Shown piece after piece: positions 58,844-64,000 of a stretch of DNA of 64,000 nucleotides. The DNA is from an uncultured Bacillota bacterium. GTDB taxonomy: Bacteria; Bacillota_I; Bacilli_A; RF39; UBA660. Location: contig CAMOYT010000001.1 of assembly GCA_946630315.1 (NCBI GenBank), positions 895 through 64,894 of the forward strand. Direction: 5' to 3'. The notes below the pieces were generated by a model that was given only the letters and a program-made list of their open reading frames with translations, was not told where the DNA came from and did not search any database. Position 1 is the first letter of the stretch; each line of letters starts with the position of its first letter. The position numbers were made by a program, and so were the translations under genes.

Positions 58844-59347
58844 ATGGAAGAGAATAAAAAGAAAAGTTTTATTAGAGAATGGGGACCATTTATATTAATA
58901 ATTATTATAATTTTAATTGTAAAGTTTTTTATAGTTACTCCTATTAAAGTAAATGGTGATAGTATGAATCCTACTTTAAAAGATGGAGATATTATGATAC
59001 TTAATAGAATTGATTATAAATTAAATGGTTTAAATAGATTTGATATCGTGGTACTTAAAAAAGATGGAGAATATTTAATTAAACGTGTTATTGGCTTACC
59101 TGGTGAAGAGATTAAATATAAAAATAATAAATTATATATTAATGGGAAATATATAAAAGAGAATTATACTAGAAAAGTAAGTGTTGATATTGATGAAGTA
59201 ATACCTGAAGGTAAATATTATGTTTTAGGTGACAATCGTCTTAACTCACTTGACAGTGAAGAATTTGGTCCGGTTAGTGGTAGTAAAATACTAGGTAAAA
59301 CTAAACTAACTTTATTTCCATTTAAACATTTCGGTAATAAGAAGTAA
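58844..59347 (+). CDS. lepB: Signal peptidase I (bacterial S26 type).
   Basis: NGDSMNPTLKDGD (catalytic Ser) and IKRVIGLPGE (Lys) boxes. 167 aa. Confidence 0.85.
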   Translation: MEENKKKSFIREWGPFILIIIIILIVKFFIVTPIKVNGDSMNPTLKDGDIMILNRIDYKLNGLNRFDIVVLKKDGEYLIKRVIGLPGEEIKYKNNKLYINGKYIKENYTRKVSVDIDEVIPEGKYYVLGDNRLNSLDSEEFGPVSGSKILGKTKLTLFPFKHFGNKK

Positions 59348-59397
59348 GAAAGATATTTCTTTCTTTTTTTTTATGTGTTAAAATGATATAGGATAGG

Positions 59398-60252
59398 GTG
59401 ATGATAGTGTATAAGGTTTTATATAATAAACAACTAAATAAAGATTCATGGGAAATGGAGATTAAAGCTCCATTAGTTGTTAAGAATTGTATGCCAGGAC
59501 AATTTGTAATATTAATGGCAAAAGAAGATAGTGAAAGAATTCCTTTAACTATTTATGATTTTGATAGAAAAAAGGGATTATTAAAAGTTATTTATCAAGT
59601 TATTGGAGGATCTACTGAAGAATTAACTTATGTTAAAGATGAAATATTTTCAGTATCTGGACCACTTGGTAATGCTAATGAAATATGTGCTGATCCTAAG
59701 AAGTATTTAGGAAAGAGAATATGTTATATTGCTGGTGGAGTTGGTATTGCTCCTGTTTATCCACAGGTTAAATATTTAAAAGAAAATGGTATTGATTGTG
59801 ATGTAATATATGGAGCACGTAATGTTGAATTATTATTGATACGTGATGAATGTGAAAAGATAGTTAATAAGATTAGTTATGCTACTGATGATGGATCATA
59901 TGGTACTAAGGGATTTGTTACAGATATTTTGAAAGAAAGAATAAATGATTATGATATTGTTGTAGCAATAGGTCCTGTGATTATGATGAAGAATGTAGTT
60001 GCATTAACTAAGAAGTTTGGAATAGATACAATTGTTTCTATGAATCCACTTATGGTAGATGGTAGTGGTATGTGTGGTGCTTGTCGTTGTGAAGTAGATG
60101 GTAAGCCTAGATTTGCCTGTATTCATGGACCAGAGTTCGATGGATTTAAAGTAGATTTTGATTTAGCTTTAAAACGTATGAAAATATATCATGAAGAAGA
60201 AGCTGAAAAATGGGAAATGATGAAGAAAAAATTAAGTAAGGAAAAGAGATAG
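59398..60252 (+). CDS. nfnA: NfnA/SudB-like ferredoxin-NADP+ reductase small subunit (PyrK-like).
   Basis: FAD/NAD-binding PyrK-like fold. C-terminal [2Fe-2S] cysteines GSGMCGACRC...C. Confidence 0.7.
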   Translation: MMIVYKVLYNKQLNKDSWEMEIKAPLVVKNCMPGQFVILMAKEDSERIPLTIYDFDRKKGLLKVIYQVIGGSTEELTYVKDEIFSVSGPLGNANEICADPKKYLGKRICYIAGGVGIAPVYPQVKYLKENGIDCDVIYGARNVELLLIRDECEKIVNKISYATDDGSYGTKGFVTDILKERINDYDIVVAIGPVIMMKNVVALTKKFGIDTIVSMNPLMVDGSGMCGACRCEVDGKPRFACIHGPEFDGFKVDFDLALKRMKIYHEEEAEKWEMMKKKLSKEKR

Positions 60253-60263
60253 GAGGTAAGTAT

Positions 60264-61622
60264 ATGAACGATAAGAAAGTTAAAGGGAAGATACAGTCTC
60301 CTGAAGATAGAGTTACTAATTATAAAGAAGTAGAATTAGGATATACTCCTAAACAAGCTATTGAGGAAGCTAGTCGTTGCCTACATTGTGCTAATCCAAG
60401 ATGTGTACAAGGATGTCCAGTAAGTATTGCTATACCTGAATTTATTAAAGCAATAAAAGAAGATAATTTAAAGAAAGCATACCAAATTATTACTGAGTCA
60501 TCTAGTTTACCTGCAGTATGTGGTAGAGTATGTCCACAAGAGAAACAATGTGAGTCTTTATGTATAAAAGGACTTAGAGGAGAGTCAATTTCGATTGGTT
60601 CATTGGAAAGATATGTTGCAGATCAAGCAATTATTAATAATTTCAGTAGTGCTAAGCCTAAGACTAAGAATGGTAAGAGAGTAGCAATTGTTGGAAGTGG
60701 ACCAGCTGGTCTTACTTGTGCAGGAGATCTTGCTAAAGCTGGATTCTCTGTTGATGTTTATGAAATATTACATAAAGCTGGAGGTGTTTTAACTTATGGA
60801 ATACCTGAGTTTAGATTACCAAAAAGCATTGTAGAAAAAGAAGTAAATAGTCTAAAAAAACTAGGAGTTAAGATATATACTGATGTTCCTATTGGAAATG
60901 CATTAAGCTTAAATGAACTAAGTGAAGATTATGATGCAGTATTTTTAGGTACAGGAGCAGGGCTTCCTAAGTTTATGGGTATTAAAGGAGAAGATGCTAA
61001 TGAAGTCTTTTCAGCTAATGAAATACTTACTCGTATTAATTTAATGGGTGGATTTAAGAAAGATGCTAAAACACCAATAAAGAAAGGCAAGAAAGCTTAT
61101 GTAATTGGTGGAGGTAATGTTGCAATGGATGCTGTTCGTTCACTTAAAAGACTTGGAATAGATGCTCATTTAATGTATAGAAGAAGTGAAGAAGAATTAC
61201 CTGCACGTAAAATGGAAGTTGAACATGCTAAAGAAGAAGGTATTAAATTTGACTTATTAACTAATCCTGTAGAAATATTAGTTGATGAGAACAATAGTGT
61301 CATTGGTATGAAAGTAGTTGATATGATGCTTGGTGAAATAGGAGAAGATGGAAGAAGAAGCGTAATAGAAAAACCTAAGAGTTTACATGAAGTTAAATGT
61401 GATATGGTTGTTATGGCTCTTGGTACTAGTCCAAATCATGGAGCACTTAAAAATAGTAAAATTAAATTAACTGATCGTGGTTTAATTGATGTAAATAATA
61501 CTAAGACAAATCTTAAAAATGTATATGCAGGAGGAGATGCTGTCACAGGAGCAGCAACGGTTATACTTGCTATGGAAGCTGGAAAAAAAGCTGCTAAAGA
61601 GATTATGGAAGATATTCTATAA
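60264..61622 (+). CDS. nfnB: NfnB/SudA/GltD-like NADPH-dependent oxidoreductase (glutamate synthase small-chain family).
   Basis: N-terminal [4Fe-4S] cysteines CLHCANPRCVQGCP...C..C. Two dinucleotide folds VAIVGSGPAGL and YVIGGGNVAMD. Confidence 0.75.
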   Translation: MNDKKVKGKIQSPEDRVTNYKEVELGYTPKQAIEEASRCLHCANPRCVQGCPVSIAIPEFIKAIKEDNLKKAYQIITESSSLPAVCGRVCPQEKQCESLCIKGLRGESISIGSLERYVADQAIINNFSSAKPKTKNGKRVAIVGSGPAGLTCAGDLAKAGFSVDVYEILHKAGGVLTYGIPEFRLPKSIVEKEVNSLKKLGVKIYTDVPIGNALSLNELSEDYDAVFLGTGAGLPKFMGIKGEDANEVFSANEILTRINLMGGFKKDAKTPIKKGKKAYVIGGGNVAMDAVRSLKRLGIDAHLMYRRSEEELPARKMEVEHAKEEGIKFDLLTNPVEILVDENNSVIGMKVVDMMLGEIGEDGRRSVIEKPKSLHEVKCDMVVMALGTSPNHGALKNSKIKLTDRGLIDVNNTKTNLKNVYAGGDAVTGAATVILAMEAGKKAAKEIMEDIL

Positions 61623-61968
61623 TCTTTTTTTTGACAGTGGTTGACAACAACATTTTTTTTATTTTTTTAAAAGTATTGACTTTTTTTCTCAGTAGTTTAT
61701 AATGGTATTAGAAACTAGAGAGGCGAGGGAAAATAATTTAAATTAGAATTTATAGTTATTATTGATATTAGAGTTTATCGATATAATTAGTTATTATGAT
61801 TATTATAATAAAATTTATTAAGTAATTATGATAATTCGTTATATGTTAAATTTGATATTTTGATAATATTTAATTTTATGTTTATTTGTTTTTATTACTA
61901 TAATATAGTAATTCGTACTTATGACTATGATTGTAATGATTATCTAGGCTGGTTTTATATAATTATGT

Positions 61969-61984
61969 GGAGAAAGAAAACTCC
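61969..61984 (+). repeat. Hairpin element, copy C (GGAG-AAAGAAAA-CTCC).
   Basis: Flanked upstream by ATAATTATGTG and downstream by ..ACTGATAAT..AAAAAACTCGGAT. Closest to copy B at 29579. Confidence 0.5.
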
Positions 61985-62153
61985 TCAGGTAAGTTGTATG
62001 TATTCACTGATAATGAATATATATAAGAAAAAACTCGGATGAATAATCTTAAGAATAAACAATAGCAACTGCTTTGATTAATCGGAGAAATTGAGGTTAA
62101 TGATCGATAAGCAATGAAAAAAATTCTTACTGGCTATTGTGACATAATTATAT

Positions 62154-62169
62154 GGGGAAGGAAAACCCC
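62154..62169 (+). repeat. Hairpin element, copy D (GGGG-AAGGAAAA-CCCC).
   Basis: Flanked upstream by ATAATTATATG and downstream by ..GATAATGAC..ATAAAAAACCAATGA. Confidence 0.5.
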
Positions 62170-62397
62170 TTAAAGATAATGACGAAGTATTGAACGGATG
62201 CTAAACGTTATTCATAAAAAACCAATGAAAATTCTTTATCAGAGAATAATTCATCTACTAAATATAGAGTGATATATTTATAAAAAGTGTAGGATACGTT
62301 ACTCCTATATTTTTTTTTGTAAATTAATTGCTGTAATATTGAAATAAATATTTATTATTGATACAATTTATATAGTATGATATTGGAGGTTGTTATT

Positions 62398-62667
62398 ATG
62401 GAAAAGCAAACTTTTAGAGGAGCTGATAAAGTTGAATTCAACTTAGAAAATCATAATAAAAATAATTCTTTAAGTGGACTTGTTGAAAATAACAAACCAA
62501 GTAGTTTAATTGAAAGTCAAGATAATTCGAGAAAAGTTGAAGTTGAATCTGTAGACTTTAGTACTTTATTTACTAGTGAGATGGAACAAGGATTTAGTAC
62601 TGTTAGTGATGCTGATTTAAAAAATGTTCAAATTTATAATGACAATAATAGTGGAGAGATATTATAA
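62398..62667 (+). CDS. Hypothetical small Asn/Ser/Glu-rich protein. The track ORF begins at 62377.
   Basis: RBS GGAGG then ATG at 62398. ~89 aa, no motif recognised. Confidence 0.4.
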   Translation: MEKQTFRGADKVEFNLENHNKNNSLSGLVENNKPSSLIESQDNSRKVEVESVDFSTLFTSEMEQGFSTVSDADLKNVQIYNDNNSGEIL

Positions 62668-62686
62668 TAGGGATATATTAATTTAT

Positions 62687-62725
62687 TACTAGTTAGCCTA
62701 CACAACCTAGTATAAAAAAGGGAAG
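62687..62725 (+). promoter_or_regulatory. preQ1-I riboswitch candidate (translational) upstream of the yhhQ-like gene.
   Basis: tactag-TTAGCCTACACAAC-ctagta hairpin followed by TAAAAAAGGGAAGGAG. Compare B. subtilis queC preQ1-I AGAGG-UUCUAGCUACAC-CCUCU-AUAAAAAACUAAGG. The A-rich tail runs into the SD. Confidence 0.6.
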
Positions 62726-62735
62726 GAGTTTTTTT

Positions 62736-63398
62736 ATGAATATTTTATTGGGATTTATTAATATTGTTGTAGTATTTTCATTAGTAGTTTTAATTTCTAA
62801 ATTATTTAAAAAAGAAGGTTTATTTGCTTGGATGAGTATAGCAACAATACTTGCTAATTTGACAGTATGTAAAATGATTGGAATATTTGGTGTTACTACT
62901 TCACTTGGTAATGTATTATTTGCTTCTACTTTTTTAGCAACAGATATTATATCTGAGAAGTATGGTAAAGAAGAAGCTAAGAGGGCTGTTTATTTAAGCT
63001 TGTTTTCTGGGATAGCTTTTATAATTATTACACAGATTACTTTATTATTTATTCCAAGTAGTGATGATATAGTTAATGAAGCTATGAAAACTTTATTTGG
63101 TATAAGTGTTAGGACTACTATTGCAAGTATGACGATGTTCTTTATTAGTAATATGATGGATATTTATGTTTATAATAAAATAAAAGATAAGTTTCCTAAA
63201 CATTTGTGGCTTAGAAATAATGTTTCGACGATATTATGTAATTGTTTAGAGAATTATTTCTTTAATACATTAGCATTTGCTGGTATATTTAGTATTCCTG
63301 TTATCATTTCAATTGCAACAACAACAACTATAATAGAGGCAATAATTGCAGTATGTGATACACCATTTTTATATTTAGCTGTACATAAAAAGAAATAG
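62736..63398 (+). CDS. yhhQ: Queuosine-precursor (preQ1/preQ0) transporter, YhhQ/DUF165 (VUT) family.
   Basis: 220 aa, 6-TM membrane protein. Size and topology as YhhQ. Sits directly behind the preQ1-type riboswitch. Confidence 0.55.
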   Translation: MNILLGFINIVVVFSLVVLISKLFKKEGLFAWMSIATILANLTVCKMIGIFGVTTSLGNVLFASTFLATDIISEKYGKEEAKRAVYLSLFSGIAFIIITQITLLFIPSSDDIVNEAMKTLFGISVRTTIASMTMFFISNMMDIYVYNKIKDKFPKHLWLRNNVSTILCNCLENYFFNTLAFAGIFSIPVIISIATTTTIIEAIIAVCDTPFLYLAVHKKK

Positions 63399-63446
63399 TT
63401 GACTATTTCTTTTTTTATATATATTATAAGCAACTAGGAGTTACTT

Positions 63447-64000
63447 ATGAATGAATGTTATGATGAAGAATTATATTTAAATAGTGAATATTTAATAGAG
63501 TATTATTCTAAATTAGGAGTTAAATATACTAATTTAGTTGAAAGAGAAAAGATTATATATGCAGATGTTTTTTATTACTATGATTTATTATTAGATAGAA
63601 CTATTAAGTTACTTAGGAATATTGGGTTTAATAATAGTTTGGAGTATTCTATTGCTCTTAGTTATTTGATTGAATGTGGATATTTATCTAAAGATTTTGT
63701 GTTTAAGCCTGGGATTGATACAAACGAAATAAAGACTAAGATGGGTATTAGTATTATTGATGGAGTAGGATGTTGTCGTAATTTTAGTTCATTACATAAA
63801 GATATATTTGATAAAATGGATTTGTCTATTAAGCCTTTTTATTGTTACGAAGGAAATAATTTCTTTAAAAAGAGTAGAAAAAGAGCTGCTAATCATGTGC
63901 TTAATTTAGTTGAATATGATGATAATACGTATGGTATAGATCTTTATAATAATAATATGTTATATCATTTTAAAAATAAGTATTTTTTAAAGTCTATATC
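63447..64000 (+). CDS. Partial CDS open to the window end: hypothetical, possibly a papain-like peptidase.
   Basis: RBS GGAG then ATG 63447, no stop before 64000. Contains GVGCCRNFSSLH, resembling the VAGCCPTSF Cys motif of the 41764 protein. Confidence 0.35.
   Translation, partial: MNECYDEELYLNSEYLIEYYSKLGVKYTNLVEREKIIYADVFYYYDLLLDRTIKLLRNIGFNNSLEYSIALSYLIECGYLSKDFVFKPGIDTNEIKTKMGISIIDGVGCCRNFSSLHKDIFDKMDLSIKPFYCYEGNNFFKKSRKRAANHVLNLVEYDDNTYGIDLYNNNMLYHFKNKYFLKSI

Noticed and set aside
61860-62042. 60-aa ORF in the nfnB-downstream intergenic region.
   Set aside because: No RBS, Ile/Tyr/Phe-rich nonsense composition. The region is better explained as non-coding with the hairpin elements C and D.

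Overview
Low-GC (~28-30%) Firmicutes chromosomal segment, almost entirely coding on the + strand, standard genetic code (TGA is used as a stop). Conserved housekeeping blocks give the backbone: rpsU-yqeY-(vanZ-like)-ybeY-dgkA-cdd-era-recO; T-box-glyQS; L20 leader-infC-rpmI-rplT-rpsB-tsf; frr; T-box-tRNAPhe-pheS-pheT-ygjP-trmH-rimM-trmD ... rplS-lepB-nfnAB; tRNA-Arg(TCT); a preQ1-I riboswitch on a yhhQ-like transporter. Between them lie accessory modules. (1) A bacteriocin locus: a C39-peptidase ABC exporter, a small accessory protein, and two unlisted double-glycine-leader prepeptides at 5979-6301. (2) Immediately downstream, a sialic-acid-type nonulosonate cluster (NeuA/NeuB/NeuC-like) with a NodB deacetylase, a radical-SAM/SPASM-like enzyme, a putative GT-B transferase and a NUDIX hydrolase. 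(3) Two paralogous modules, each a TasA/camelysin-like secreted subunit(s), an archaeal/ER-type SipW-like signal peptidase fused to an ~260-aa polytopic membrane domain, and a membrane accessory protein sharing a conserved domain. One module sits downstream of glyQS; the other is inserted between trmD and rplS. This is my best candidate for an undescribed system. (4) A stripped-down type VIIb-like locus: EssC ATPase, YukD/EsaB-like protein, and three small acidic or helical proteins, preceded by ~750 bp of structured non-coding DNA. (5) A short hairpin-containing non-coding element present in four copies at two loci. Also notable: L20 and S2 both carry a K/E-rich linker plus Rho-N-like C-terminal extension, and a T-box leader precedes a tryptophanase-like gene. 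No transposases, integrases or CRISPR arrays were seen. All calls are by eye from motifs; no searches were run.
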